A stretch of 33,413 nucleotides of DNA, taken from assembly GCA_964252075.1 (NCBI GenBank), contig CAXULY010000050.1, positions 1 through 33,413 of the forward strand, in the 5' to 3' direction. The notes beneath the pieces were generated by a model. The model worked only from the letters and a program-made list of their open reading frames with translations, ran no database searches and was not told where the DNA came from. The position numbers were made by a program, and so were the translations under genes. Below are positions 18,174 to 29,447 of this stretch, piece after piece. Each line of letters begins with the position of its first letter. Within the stretch, counting starts at the first letter, position 1. This DNA comes from an uncultured Deinococcaceae bacterium. Its GTDB lineage: Bacteria; Deinococcota; Deinococci; Deinococcales; Deinococcaceae.

Positions 18174-18962
18174 TCACAAGGGGAGGGCGTGCAGGCGCGC
18201 CGCGAGCGCCGCCCGCAGGGGCGCGCGGGTGTCCAGCTGCAGGGCCTCGCCCAGCTCCGCCGCCCAGTCGAGCGCCTCGCGGTACGCGCCCTCCACACCG
18301 TCCAGCGCGGCGGTGCAGCGCGCGAAGCGGGACCGCAGGTGTTCGGGCAGGTCACGCTCGGCGTGGCGCGTCACGGTGAGCGGTTGCGGCGCGCCGGTCT
18401 GCGCCCGCGCGAGCCGCAGCAGGCCCGCCTGCACCCACCCCAGCAGCTCCAGCGCGCGCAGGCGTTCGCCGCGTGCCAGCACCGCCGAGCCGAAGGTCAG
18501 CATGTTCAGCAGGCGGTCCAGCGCGCCCTGCGCGTCCAGGTCCGCCCGGCGTCGCTCGCTGAGCGTCACGAGCAGCGCCCGCAGGCGACCCCCGTGGTCC
18601 TTGATCAGCATGCGGTCGGGCCGCGCGCGGTCGTTCGACCACGCCAGGACGCCCGCCATCTCGGCCTCCGGCACCACGTGCAGTTCCACCCGCACGAGGT
18701 CCGGCGTCACGAAGTTCGGCGTGCCGAACTCATTCGTGACGGCCAGCGCCACGGGCGTGAGGGCCTGCAGGAACGCGAGCGGGTCCAGCGCGGCGCCCGG
18801 CGCGAGGTACAGGTAGTACTCCAGGTCGCTCCAGGCGTCCGCCTCGCCTTTCGTGAAGCTGCCGTACGCGAGGGCGCACGCGATGCGGTCGTCGCGCAGG
18901 ACCGCGAGGCGGATGGCATCATCCAGCGGCTGCTGCGGCAGTTGGGAGGGGTCGTGCGGCAT
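18174..18962 (-). CDS. Lincosamide nucleotidyltransferase-like protein (LinB/Lnu(F) family fold)
   Basis: D.RI.CAL.YGSFTKGEAD.WSDLEYY, NEFGT, R.ELH, RGE.LRALELL match recalled LinB motifs. Confidence 0.75.
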   Translation of the reverse strand: MPHDPSQLPQQPLDDAIRLAVLRDDRIACALAYGSFTKGEADAWSDLEYYLYLAPGAALDPLAFLQALTPVALAVTNEFGTPNFVTPDLVRVELHVVPEAEMAGVLAWSNDRARPDRMLIKDHGGRLRALLVTLSERRRADLDAQGALDRLLNMLTFGSAVLARGERLRALELLGWVQAGLLRLARAQTGAPQPLTVTRHAERDLPEHLRSRFARCTAALDGVEGAYREALDWAAELGEALQLDTRAPLRAALAARLHALPL

Positions 18963-19126
18963 GCCTTCAGGATGACGCGCGCCCGGCACAGACCCACCCG
19001 AGCGCGGGCCCAGGGCACCCCGCGCACGCGAAGATGAGGAATGTCCCAGTGTAGCGTGCCCGCCATGAGGATGTCCGTCAGCCGGATGCCAGATGCCACT
19101 CATTCGTGACCTTTAGCATGTTCGTT

Positions 19127-19903
19127 ATGTACGCACATTTTCGGCGCTTCGCCACGCTGGCTGCCGCCGCCACGCTCGGGGCGGGCGTCGCGGGAGCTCA
19201 AACGCAGGTCACGGTGCCGAGCAGTTCAGTGTCCGCCACGGCCATCTCGGTGAGCGGCGCCATCGGGGGCCGCATCATCAACTGCCCGCCCAGGCTGGCC
19301 CTCAGCCCGAGCGCCGTGTGCCTGCTCGCCACGGGCAACGCCGCGAGCTTCAAGCCGAAGATCAGCCAGAAGTTCCCGAACCTCATCGCGCAGGACTGGC
19401 AGACGGGCAAGGGCGGCTCGAACAGCCTCGTCGTGAAGGGCAACGACGGCCTGATCTTCGTGCTGCTCGCGCAGGCGGGCCCCGACGTGCTCGCCGTCAT
19501 CAGCCCGCCCCAGCGCGCGACGGGCACGCCCAAGCCCACCACGCCCGCGGGCGGGACCGGCACCACCGCCGGGCTGCCCACGGGCGCCACGCGCGGCGTG
19601 CCGTACGTGCGCGCCAGCGACCTCAAGCAGGTCATCAGCGTGGCGGCCCTCCCGGCCGCCAACCAGTACCGCGTGGGCGGCGCCGCGCGCAACGTCACCC
19701 TGACGGCGGGCAGCCCCTCCGCGCAGCTCGGCAGCGCGCCCTACACGCTGCCCGGCACGCCCTACCTCGCGGGCGGCCAGCTTTTCGTGCCGATCAACAT
19801 GCTGCGCGACCTCAGCTGCACCGTGACGGCGCAGAGCGGCCAGAACGCCGCGACGGTCGCCTGCAACGGCGCCAGCGTGCGCGTCAGCACCGTCTCGTAC
19901 TGA
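19127..19903 (+). CDS. Secreted protein with a C-terminal copper-amine-oxidase-N/stalk-like domain
   Basis: Signal peptide (..AGA-Q), Thr/Pro linker, PYL.GGQLFVP motif; TAGCAT 7 nt before the ATG. Confidence 0.6.
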   Translation: MYAHFRRFATLAAAATLGAGVAGAQTQVTVPSSSVSATAISVSGAIGGRIINCPPRLALSPSAVCLLATGNAASFKPKISQKFPNLIAQDWQTGKGGSNSLVVKGNDGLIFVLLAQAGPDVLAVISPPQRATGTPKPTTPAGGTGTTAGLPTGATRGVPYVRASDLKQVISVAALPAANQYRVGGAARNVTLTAGSPSAQLGSAPYTLPGTPYLAGGQLFVPINMLRDLSCTVTAQSGQNAATVACNGASVRVSTVSY

Positions 19904-19914
19904 AGCGCACCGCC

Positions 19915-19955
19915 GGGCGGGGGTCAGGGCCGTGCAGGTCCTGACCCCCGCCCTT
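19915..19955 (+). terminator. GC-rich hairpin after the secreted-protein gene
   Basis: GGGCGGGGGTCAGG ... CCTGACCCCCGCCC-TT. Confidence 0.55.
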
Positions 19956-20031
19956 CAGGTGACCTTGATGCTCGCGCGCCGTTCAGCCGCAGGTCAGTTT
20001 CGCCCTCTAGGCTCGCGCCAAGGAGGAACAC

Positions 20032-21264
20032 ATGAAGCACCTGTTTGCCTGCACGGTCCTGCTGGGCGTGGGGAGCGCCCTCGCCAGCCCCGCCACCATC
20101 TCCACCCAGAGCATCATCGTGAACCCCGTGGACGCCCCCCTGAACGTGAACGTGTGGGTGAACAAGGACCCGAACGGGGGCAGCAACCCCGTCTACCGCG
20201 CGGGCGAACGCCTTGAGGTGAGCGTCGCGACGAGCGCGGACGCCTATGTGTACCTCTTCGACGTGAACGCCGCGGGCCGCATCACGCTCATCAGCCCGAA
20301 CGGCTACGAGGACAGCAACTTCGTGAGCGCGGGCGTCGTGCGGCGCTTCCCGTCCAGCACCAGCGCCTACACCTTCAATGTGCAGGGCCCCGCCGGGCAG
20401 GACAAGGTGCTGGCGCTCGCCAGCACCACCGAACTGGACCTGAACGACATCGCGGACTTCGCGGGCAGTCAGGGTTTCGCGACCGTGCGCATTCAGGGTC
20501 AGCAGCAGCTCGCGCAGGCCCTCAGTGACGTGGTGGACCCCCTCGACCCGGAGGATTGGGTGACGGACACCGCCTTCTTCCAGGTGAGCACCGGCCTCCC
20601 GCGGCACACCACCCCGCTGCCCCCCATTCCCGCCGACCCGGACGCGCCCGGCGCGCAGCCACCCGTGAGCGAGGCGCCCACCAGCGCGCCGCAGGCGGGC
20701 ATTCAGCCGGGGGAGCGCCAGAGCGGCAGCGTGGACGCCGCGATTGCCGCCGCGTGGGACCGCACGCGCGGCCCCGACACCCTCGGGGACGCCAGCACCT
20801 ACGTGCAGCGCTGGGGCACCGGCAGCCTCCAGAAGTTCAGTGGCGTCGCAGCCTACGGTGACGGCGTGATCCTGCACGCGGACGGCTCCAGCCGCGCGTA
20901 CGCCGTGCACGGCATGCTGCTCAAGCGGTACCTGGCGCTCGCGCAGGCGGAGAGCGGCGGGAACCGACCGCCGTCCCGCCTCGGCTGGGCCGCCGGGGAC
21001 GAGAAGGTCATTCCCCGCAATCCCTTCGGCACCAGCGGCCTGTACGGCTTCTTCCAGAAGGGCGCGCTGTACGGTACGGAACGCTACGGCACGTACTGGC
21101 TGAACGGCGACCTTCTGAAGAAGTACCAGGGCCTGGGCGGCAGCGGCAGCTTCCTCGGTTTCCCGCGGCGCGACCCGTACACCTACCAGGGGCACCTCGC
21201 GGCGGACTTTGAGGGCGGCACCATCCGCTGGAACCGCAGCGGCTACACCGTCATCCGCCGCTGA
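20032..21264 (+). CDS. Secreted DUF4384-like protein with C-terminal LGFP-like repeats
   Basis: ISTQSIIVNP, Y..GE.L...DAYVYLF...G....I.PN; C-terminal LGFP and FEGG.I.W; AGGAGG RBS. Confidence 0.75.
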   Translation: MKHLFACTVLLGVGSALASPATISTQSIIVNPVDAPLNVNVWVNKDPNGGSNPVYRAGERLEVSVATSADAYVYLFDVNAAGRITLISPNGYEDSNFVSAGVVRRFPSSTSAYTFNVQGPAGQDKVLALASTTELDLNDIADFAGSQGFATVRIQGQQQLAQALSDVVDPLDPEDWVTDTAFFQVSTGLPRHTTPLPPIPADPDAPGAQPPVSEAPTSAPQAGIQPGERQSGSVDAAIAAAWDRTRGPDTLGDASTYVQRWGTGSLQKFSGVAAYGDGVILHADGSSRAYAVHGMLLKRYLALAQAESGGNRPPSRLGWAAGDEKVIPRNPFGTSGLYGFFQKGALYGTERYGTYWLNGDLLKKYQGLGGSGSFLGFPRRDPYTYQGHLAADFEGGTIRWNRSGYTVIRR

Positions 21265-21290
21265 ACCTGAAACGGTCGCGCTTTCTCATG

Positions 21291-21320
21291 CAGCCCCGGC
21301 CTTGTGCTGGGGCTGTTTTT
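21291..21320 (+). terminator. Intrinsic terminator
   Basis: CAGCCCCGGC-CTTGT-GCTGGGGCTG-TTTTT. Confidence 0.75.
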
Positions 21321-21393
21321 CCCGCTGAATGTCGGGAATTTACGCGGCGCACCCTCACGGGACGCTCGGCAACAGGACTTACATTGAGATTCG

Positions 21394-22278
21394 ATGAAGA
21401 GATACGCCCTGATCGGCCTGACCGTCCTGCTCGCCGCCTGCTCCGCCAACCAGACTGCAGGCACCCCCAGCGCGGGTGAAACCCCCAGCCCCGTGGGCGG
21501 CGCACCCAGCACCCCCAGCGACACGCTCAGGACGCAGGCGGTCACGCCCGTGGCGCTCAGCGTCGGTCAGACCCTGCAGATCACCGTGTACGTCAGCGGC
21601 CAGCCCGCGCAGCCCGGGCAGCTGAAGTGGACGACCAGCAACGCCGCCGTCGTGAAGGTCGGCGCGAACGGCCTCCTCACCGGAGTTGGTGCGGGCAGCG
21701 CCAGCGTGCGCGCCATGCTGGTCAGCAACCCCGCCGCGTACCTGGACATCCCCGTGACGGTGAAGGCCAGCACCCCGGCGCCCGCGCCATCACCCACCCC
21801 GGCGCCTGCCCCAGCACCCGCGCCCGCACCATCGCCCACCCCGGCGCCCGCGCCCAGCCCGACCCCCAGCAGCTACGCGCAGCAGGTGCTGACCCTCACC
21901 AACCAAGCGCGCGCCCAGGCCCGCACGTGCGGCAGCACCAGCTACCCCGCCGCGCCCGCCCTCACCTGGAACGCGCAGCTCGCGACCGCCGCGCAGGGCC
22001 ACGCGACGGACATGGCCACCCACAACTACTTCGACCACAACAGCCAGGACGGCCGCACGCCCTGGCAGCGCATCGCCGCCGCCGGGTACAGCGGCTCCGC
22101 CCTCGCGGAGAACATCGCCGCCGGGCAGTCCACCCCGCAGGCCGTCGTGGCGGGCTGGCTGCAGAGCCCCGGCCACTGCGCGAACATCATGAACGCCCGC
22201 CTCAAGGACCTCGGCGTGGGCTACGCGCAGGGCGGCAGTTACGGCAGCTACTGGGTGCAGGACTTCGGCGCCCGCTGA
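21394..22278 (+). CDS. Lipoprotein with Ig-like (Big_2) and CAP/SCP domains
   Basis: Lipobox LAAC; W.TSN..V..V..NGL.TG; Pro/Ala linker; H..DM...YFDH, ENIAAG, W..SPGHCANIM. Confidence 0.9.
   Translation: MKRYALIGLTVLLAACSANQTAGTPSAGETPSPVGGAPSTPSDTLRTQAVTPVALSVGQTLQITVYVSGQPAQPGQLKWTTSNAAVVKVGANGLLTGVGAGSASVRAMLVSNPAAYLDIPVTVKASTPAPAPSPTPAPAPAPAPAPSPTPAPAPSPTPSSYAQQVLTLTNQARAQARTCGSTSYPAAPALTWNAQLATAAQGHATDMATHNYFDHNSQDGRTPWQRIAAAGYSGSALAENIAAGQSTPQAVVAGWLQSPGHCANIMNARLKDLGVGYAQGGSYGSYWVQDFGAR
21772..21870 (+). repeat. Coding Pro/Ala/Ser-rich tandem repeats ((PA)nPSPT)
   Basis: Repeated accccggcgcccgcgcc/ccatc(a/g)cccaccccggcg units. Confidence 0.7.
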
Positions 22279-22290
22279 CCACCCCACACA

Positions 22291-22318
22291 GGCGCCCCGG
22301 CTGAAAAGCCGGGGCGTC
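22291..22318. terminator. Hairpin between convergent genes
   Basis: GGCGCCCCGGCT-GAAA-AGCCGGGGCGTC. Confidence 0.7.
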
Positions 22319-22326
22319 CGTTCACA

Positions 22327-22800
22327 TCAGATGGGGTAGTAGGTTCTGGGCGCGCCATCCAGGAAGTCGCGCGTGGGAATCCAGATGAGCGGATTGCGCT
22401 CCTCCACCTCCGGCGGCGGGCCGTACCGCACGAGGTTCATGACCTCCGAGAACGGCACCCACTCCGCGCCCAGCACCTCCGGGTCAGTCGGGAAGATGTC
22501 GCCCGAGAACTGCGCCGTGAAGCGCCCGAAGGTCGCGTAATGGTGGTGGTGCGTGCCGGGCAGCATCTCGCCCTCCAGCAGGCTCACGAACTGCAGGTCC
22601 GTGATGTCCAGGCCGGTCTCCCAGCGCACCTGACGCACGGCGGCGTCCCCGAGGCTCTCACCCACGTCGGCCTTCCCGCCGGGCAGGCCGTAGAAGATGC
22701 TGCCGTCATCCATGCGTTCAGCCACCAGCAGCAGGTGGTTGTCCTGAACGAGGTACACGTGCGCGGCGCGCTTGATGGGGAGGGTGCGCGCGAGGTTCAT
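22327..22800 (-). CDS. Nudix-fold protein with a degenerate Nudix box
   Basis: LPGGKADVGESLGDAAVRQVRWETGL; GGAGG RBS before ATG 22800 (alternative start 22827). Confidence 0.82.
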   Translation of the reverse strand: MNLARTLPIKRAAHVYLVQDNHLLLVAERMDDGSIFYGLPGGKADVGESLGDAAVRQVRWETGLDITDLQFVSLLEGEMLPGTHHHHYATFGRFTAQFSGDIFPTDPEVLGAEWVPFSEVMNLVRYGPPPEVEERNPLIWIPTRDFLDGAPRTYYPI

Positions 22801-22895
22801 GCGGGCCTCCGCCGGGTCGTGGGCCATCGGCACATGCCGCCCACTCTAGCGCAGGCGCCCCCCAGCTGTGCCTCAGGCGCGCCGCGCCCAGCACA

Positions 22896-23609
22896 TCACG
22901 GCGCGCCGGAAGCCAGCGGGATGTTCCGGCGCACCTGCCAGCGCGCCTCGCCCGCAGGCTGCACGAACAGCGCCACCGAGGGCACCACCAGCGCAGGGTA
23001 AGGCGCGGCGCCCGCCCGGAGCCGCTCCGCCACGTCCGCCGCCTGTGCCTCCGCGCCCCCGAAGGGCTGCACCAGCGTGAAGTGCGGCTCCCACGAATCC
23101 AGGCCGCGCGGCGTGCGCAGCAACCGCAGGCGCGCTCGCTCGTACGGCTGCGCGTACCGCCCCGGGTGATCCCGCACCTCATCGTCGAAGGGTGAGTGCG
23201 TCACGAAGGGCGCGAGCCGCGCGGAGAGCAGCGTGTGCAGCACGCGCAGGTCCGGACTGGCGTCCAGGCGCCACACCATCACCTCACCGCGCCACACCTC
23301 CAGCCGCCCATGCGTGAGGCGCAGGTCCGCCTGCGGACTCAGGCACGCGCAGCACGCGCGCGTTTCCGCCTCAATCGCGTCAAGCTGCGCGGCGTCCGTG
23401 TAAAAGCCCTCCACCAGCGTCAGGTGAAAGCCATAAGGGCCCGCCTCCCGCTGCCACTCGGGCTGCAGGAAATCCGGCAGGGGCAGCGCGCGCCGCGCGC
23501 GCACGTCGTACCCCAGTAAGTTGCTGCCCCACTGGTAAAAGGGGTCCTGGGCAGGCGGGCACACGTACACCGCGAAGCGGGTGGAGTCAGCAGGAGGGCC
23601 GTCGGGCAT
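22896..23609 (-). CDS. 2H-phosphoesterase-like protein (DUF1045-like)
   Basis: RFAVY..P, YGFHLTL and PHFTL (two HxT motifs); leaderless TAGCCT-N6-ATG. Confidence 0.75.
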   Translation of the reverse strand: MPDGPPADSTRFAVYVCPPAQDPFYQWGSNLLGYDVRARRALPLPDFLQPEWQREAGPYGFHLTLVEGFYTDAAQLDAIEAETRACCACLSPQADLRLTHGRLEVWRGEVMVWRLDASPDLRVLHTLLSARLAPFVTHSPFDDEVRDHPGRYAQPYERARLRLLRTPRGLDSWEPHFTLVQPFGGAEAQAADVAERLRAGAAPYPALVVPSVALFVQPAGEARWQVRRNIPLASGAP

Positions 23610-23663
23610 GCGCTCAGGCTACGGGCAAAGCGTCCGGGTCGGGTGTTAGGCTGGCCGCACTTC

Positions 23664-24515
23664 ATGACGCACCCCTCCATCGAGACCGCCACTCCCGAGA
23701 CCCTCCTGGCGTATTGCGCGGTGCAGGCGCCCGGTGACCCAGAGGCGTTCACCCGCATTCAGGCACGCCTCAATGAGGGCACGTTGGACTGGTCGCAACT
23801 CCTGCTGCTGCGCTCGGCGCGCGGTGTGGAGGGCGCGGCGCTGCTCCCCAGAACGCCTGCGCCGCTCTTCCCGCACCTCCGCTCAGACGCTCTACCTGAC
23901 GCGGCCCTGGCCCTGTACCGCCACCTACACGCCTGGGCGGCCCGTCAGACCCCACCCCCACACCTGATCGTGCAGGACGACTTCGCGCCGCCCGCGCCCA
24001 ACCTGCTCGCGCAGGCGGGCTGGCAGCTATGCAGCCACGACGTGATCTACCGCACGGACCTCCACGCGCACCCACACGCCCCTGACCCCGCCGCCACCGA
24101 AGGCCCCCTCGCGGCCCTGCTCGGCGCGCCCTTCGCGTCGTTCTACGCGCCCATCCACGCGCTCGCCCCGGACGTGCGGGACCAGCCCATGCGCGAGGTG
24201 CTGGAAGGCCACGCCAGGCGACCGGGCGGCGTGCTCGTCACCATCAGCGACGGCCACGAGCTGGTGGGGGCCGCAACGGTGGCGTGCGTGCGCGGACCGG
24301 CGGAACCCACCGCCAGCATCGCCATGCTGGGCGTCACACCCGCCGCGCGCGGTCGCGGCTGGGGGCGGCGCCTGCACGCCCACGCCCTCGCGGTCGCCGC
24401 GCGCGAAGCGAAGCTGCACATGGGCGCCACCGCCAGCGCGAACATCGCCATGCGGCGCATCCTCGAAGCGAACGGCGGGCAGCTGCTGCACACACAGGCC
24501 CAGTACCAGCCCTGA
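23664..24515 (+). CDS. GNAT-family N-acetyltransferase
   Basis: GV.P.ARGRGWG motif A and N.AM..I.E.NG. Confidence 0.85.
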   Translation: MTHPSIETATPETLLAYCAVQAPGDPEAFTRIQARLNEGTLDWSQLLLLRSARGVEGAALLPRTPAPLFPHLRSDALPDAALALYRHLHAWAARQTPPPHLIVQDDFAPPAPNLLAQAGWQLCSHDVIYRTDLHAHPHAPDPAATEGPLAALLGAPFASFYAPIHALAPDVRDQPMREVLEGHARRPGGVLVTISDGHELVGAATVACVRGPAEPTASIAMLGVTPAARGRGWGRRLHAHALAVAAREAKLHMGATASANIAMRRILEANGGQLLHTQAQYQP

Positions 24516-24524
24516 CGGACCGCC

Positions 24525-26270
<1,746 letters not shown>

Positions 26271-26363
26271 TGGTGTACAGGATACGCCTGCCGCGTGAAG
26301 ACCGGGACCGCAGCGGCAGCGCGGCGAGCGATGCCGCGCCACTGCGTGGGGGACACCCGGCCT

Positions 26364-26789
26364 TCAGCTCGGGGTGTTCCGCGCCTGTGCCCACCGCGCG
26401 CGCAGCAATTCAAAGGTCTCGTCGATGCGGCTCTGCGGCAGCACCACCTGCGTGGTCGTGCCCGTCCCGATTTCTCCGAAGTCCGTCTCGGCGCGCAGGC
26501 GGCAATGAATGCGGCGGCCCTCCACGCGCTCCAGCGTGGCGGTCACCGTGACGGTCATGCCGGGCAGCGCGCTCGCAGTATGGTTCACGCTGAGAGCGCT
26601 GCCCAGGCCGTTCTCGCCGGGCTCCAGGTGCGGCAGCAGCAGCTTGCGGCCCGCCTCCTCGAAGTGCTGCGCCATCACGTACGTGGCGTACACGGGATGC
26701 AGGGCGCCCAGCTCGCCAAAACGGACGGTCATGTCGTCCGTGACCGTGACGCGCAGGACCGCGGCGGTGCCTTCAGGAATGGGTTTCAT
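26364..26789 (-). CDS. Hotdog-fold thioesterase (fluoroacetyl-CoA thioesterase-like)
   Basis: VYAT..M...E, G..L.V.H.A..LPGM pattern; leaderless TATCGT-N6-ATG. Confidence 0.8.
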   Translation of the reverse strand: MKPIPEGTAAVLRVTVTDDMTVRFGELGALHPVYATYVMAQHFEEAGRKLLLPHLEPGENGLGSALSVNHTASALPGMTVTVTATLERVEGRRIHCRLRAETDFGEIGTGTTTQVVLPQSRIDETFELLRARWAQARNTPS

Positions 26790-26810
26790 GCGGGCACGAT
26801 ACCCGCCCGC

Positions 26811-27815
26811 TTACTTCGGGAGGGCGTCCAGGGTGGGCCAGCCGTCCGCGCCCCAGCGGATGGTGCCCGTCTGCAGCTGCGGCGTGCCGCCCTGGTCACC
26901 GTCGTAGTAGTGGTACACGAGGGTGTCGCGCCCCGCGTCGTGCAGGGCCTCCTGCCCGCCCGGCCCGATGAAGCGGCCCCGCGTGGCCTGCACCTGCGTG
27001 CCGCCCCCCTTCAGCATGGGGACGCCCTCCTTGTCCACGTACGGCCCTGTCACCTGTTTCGCGCGGCCCACCATGATGCGGTACGTGCTGTCCAGGCCCG
27101 CGCAGCAGCGGTCGAAGGACACGAACAGGTACGTGAACCCCCCGTGCTGGATGAGGCTCGCCGCCTCGATGGCGCCCCCACCGCGTGATGCGAGGCTGTA
27201 CAGGGTGGAGTTGCTGGCCTTCAGCAGGCCGCTCTTCGGGTCCAGTTCGCGCATCTTGATGCCGTCCCACCACGACCCGAACGCCAGCCACGCGCGCCCG
27301 TCCGGCGTGTCCAGGCGCGTGGGGTCAATCGCGTTGAAGTTATCGCCCTTCTTGCTGGCGAACACCAGGCCTTGGTCCTGCCAGCCCTGCGTGGGCTTCT
27401 TCGGGTCGAGGTGTGCGTTCGTCATGAGGCCGATGCCGCTGGTGTTCTTCCCGAAGGTGGACGCCGCGAAGTACAGGTACGTGGTGCCGCCGCGCTGCGC
27501 GAGGGTCGGCGCCCACAGGTTCGGGGGGTTCTCGCCCAGCAGCTTCGCCACCCAGGCGGGCTGCGCGGTGCCGAGTGTGCCCGCGTCCGTCCACGTGACG
27601 CCGTCCGGGGAGGTTTTCACGCGCAGGGTCCCGTTATCGACGTTCTCGAAACCCGTGCCCATGGCGACGTAGGCGGTCCCGACACGCAGCAGGGTGGGGT
27701 CGTGAATCTGCAGGTCGCCCTTCAGGGCGGGCTGCACGGTGGGGCCACCGGCACCACCCAGGGCGAGGCCGGTCAGGGCGAGCAGGCCGAGCGTGATGGA
27801 GCGAAGGTAAGGCAT
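26811..27815 (-). CDS. Secreted GH43 endo-1,5-alpha-L-arabinanase
   Basis: HDP, LWAP, NAIDP, FGSWWDGI, IEA, FD.CC, GPGG; signal peptide; GAGG RBS. Confidence 0.9.
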   Translation of the reverse strand: MPYLRSITLGLLALTGLALGGAGGPTVQPALKGDLQIHDPTLLRVGTAYVAMGTGFENVDNGTLRVKTSPDGVTWTDAGTLGTAQPAWVAKLLGENPPNLWAPTLAQRGGTTYLYFAASTFGKNTSGIGLMTNAHLDPKKPTQGWQDQGLVFASKKGDNFNAIDPTRLDTPDGRAWLAFGSWWDGIKMRELDPKSGLLKASNSTLYSLASRGGGAIEAASLIQHGGFTYLFVSFDRCCAGLDSTYRIMVGRAKQVTGPYVDKEGVPMLKGGGTQVQATRGRFIGPGGQEALHDAGRDTLVYHYYDGDQGGTPQLQTGTIRWGADGWPTLDALPK

Positions 27816-27914
27816 GGGTTCACCTCGGGAGGGGACAGAATGACCCATCACTTCCGCCGTCGCAGGGGCGGAAGCGCGGTGGGTGGGGGCGGCAGGGCCG
27901 TGCCGCCCCTCGCT

Positions 27915-29417
27915 TCAGGCGCGCAGGCCCTGCGCGAGCACGTGGTACAGGTCGCTGAGGCGCAGGCCCTGGCGGAACTCCCGCAGGCGCGTCTGTTCGT
28001 CAATGACGGCGCACTCCACGCCCGCGATCGCCGCGAAGTCCTCGATGCTCTCCGTGGTGACCACGGTGCTGTACCCGGTGTGGTGCGCGCCCCCCGCGTA
28101 GATCCAGGCGGCGGCGGCGGTCTTGAAGTCCGGCTTGGGTTCCCACACCACGCGCGCGACGGGGAGCTTCGGGAGGGGCGGGTGCTCCACGCTCGTCACC
28201 TCGTTCACGAGGAACCGGTAGCGGCTCCCCATGTCCATCAGCGCGACGTTGATGGCGGGCCCCGTCTGCGCGTCGAACACCAGGCGCACCGGGTCTTCCT
28301 TCCCGCCGATGCCGAGCGGGTGCACCTCCAGGCGCGGCTTGCCCGCCGCGATGCTGGGGCAGACCTCCAGCATGTGCGAGCCCAGCACCTGCTGCTGGCC
28401 GGGCGCGAGGTGGTAGGTGTAGTCCTCCATGAAGCTGGTGCCCACGCCGCCCGCCATGACCTTCATGGCGCGCACGAGCGCGGCGGTCTTCCAGTCGCCC
28501 TCGCCCCCGAAGCCGTAGCCGTCCGCCATCAGGCGCTGCGTGGCGAGGCCCGGCAACTGCTTCATGCCGTGCAGGTCCTCGAAGGTGTCCGTGAAGCCCT
28601 TGAAGCCGCCCTCCTCCAGGAAGTGGCGCAGGCCCAGCTCGATGCGCGCGCCGTCCAGCAGGGAGCTGTGCCGCGCCCCGCCGGGCTGCAGTTCGGCGGC
28701 CACGTCGTACTCACTCAGGTACGTGTCGATGAGGGCCTTCACATCCGCTTCGTTCGCGGCGTTCACGCGCTCCACGAGGTCCCCGATGCCCCAGCCGTTC
28801 ACGCTGAACCCGAAGCGCATCTGCGCGGAGACCTTGTCGCCCTCGGTGACGGCCACCTCGCGCATGTTGTCCCCGAAGCGCGCGAAGCGCGCGCCCTGCC
28901 AGTCGTGCCACGCCCACGCGGCGCGCGCCCAGGCGCCCAGGTGCGCCTGCGCCTCGGGGTCCTGCCAGTGGCCCACCACGACCTTGCGTTCCAGGCGCAG
29001 CCGGGTGTGCAGGAAGCCCGCCTCGCGGTCCCCGTGCGCCGCCTGGTTGAGGTTCATGAAGTCCATGTCGATGCTGTCCCACGGCAGGTCCTGGTTGAAC
29101 TGCGTGTGCAGGTGGCACAGCGGGCGGTGCAGTTGCGTGAGCCCGCCGATCCACATCTTGGAGGGGCTGAAAGTGTGCATCCACAGCACCAGCCCGGCGC
29201 ACAGGGGGTCGGCGTTCGCCTGCAGGACCAGCGCGCTGATCTCCTCTGGGCGCGTGAGGAGGCCCTTGAAGGTCACGGGGAGCGGCACGCGGTCGCTGGC
29301 GTCCAGGCCCGCGGCAATCTCGCGGGCGTTGCGTTCCACCTCGCGCAGCGGCCCTTCGCCGTACAGGTGCTGGGAGCCGCAGACGAACCACAGTTGGGGG
29401 GTGGTGAGCTGAATCAA
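27915..29417 (-). CDS. araA: L-arabinose isomerase
   Basis: [45 protein letters not shown]. Confidence 0.97.
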   Translation of the reverse strand: MIQLTTPQLWFVCGSQHLYGEGPLREVERNAREIAAGLDASDRVPLPVTFKGLLTRPEEISALVLQANADPLCAGLVLWMHTFSPSKMWIGGLTQLHRPLCHLHTQFNQDLPWDSIDMDFMNLNQAAHGDREAGFLHTRLRLERKVVVGHWQDPEAQAHLGAWARAAWAWHDWQGARFARFGDNMREVAVTEGDKVSAQMRFGFSVNGWGIGDLVERVNAANEADVKALIDTYLSEYDVAAELQPGGARHSSLLDGARIELGLRHFLEEGGFKGFTDTFEDLHGMKQLPGLATQRLMADGYGFGGEGDWKTAALVRAMKVMAGGVGTSFMEDYTYHLAPGQQQVLGSHMLEVCPSIAAGKPRLEVHPLGIGGKEDPVRLVFDAQTGPAINVALMDMGSRYRFLVNEVTSVEHPPLPKLPVARVVWEPKPDFKTAAAAWIYAGGAHHTGYSTVVTTESIEDFAAIAGVECAVIDEQTRLREFRQGLRLSDLYHVLAQGLRA

Positions 29418-29447
29418 GGGAAACTCCTTGGCAGGGGAGAGGGGGGC

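Noticed and set aside
21772..21870. Possible CRISPR or non-coding tandem array
   Set aside because: The repeats are imperfect, in frame and encode a Pro/Ala linker; no repeat-spacer structure or cas genes occur in the window.
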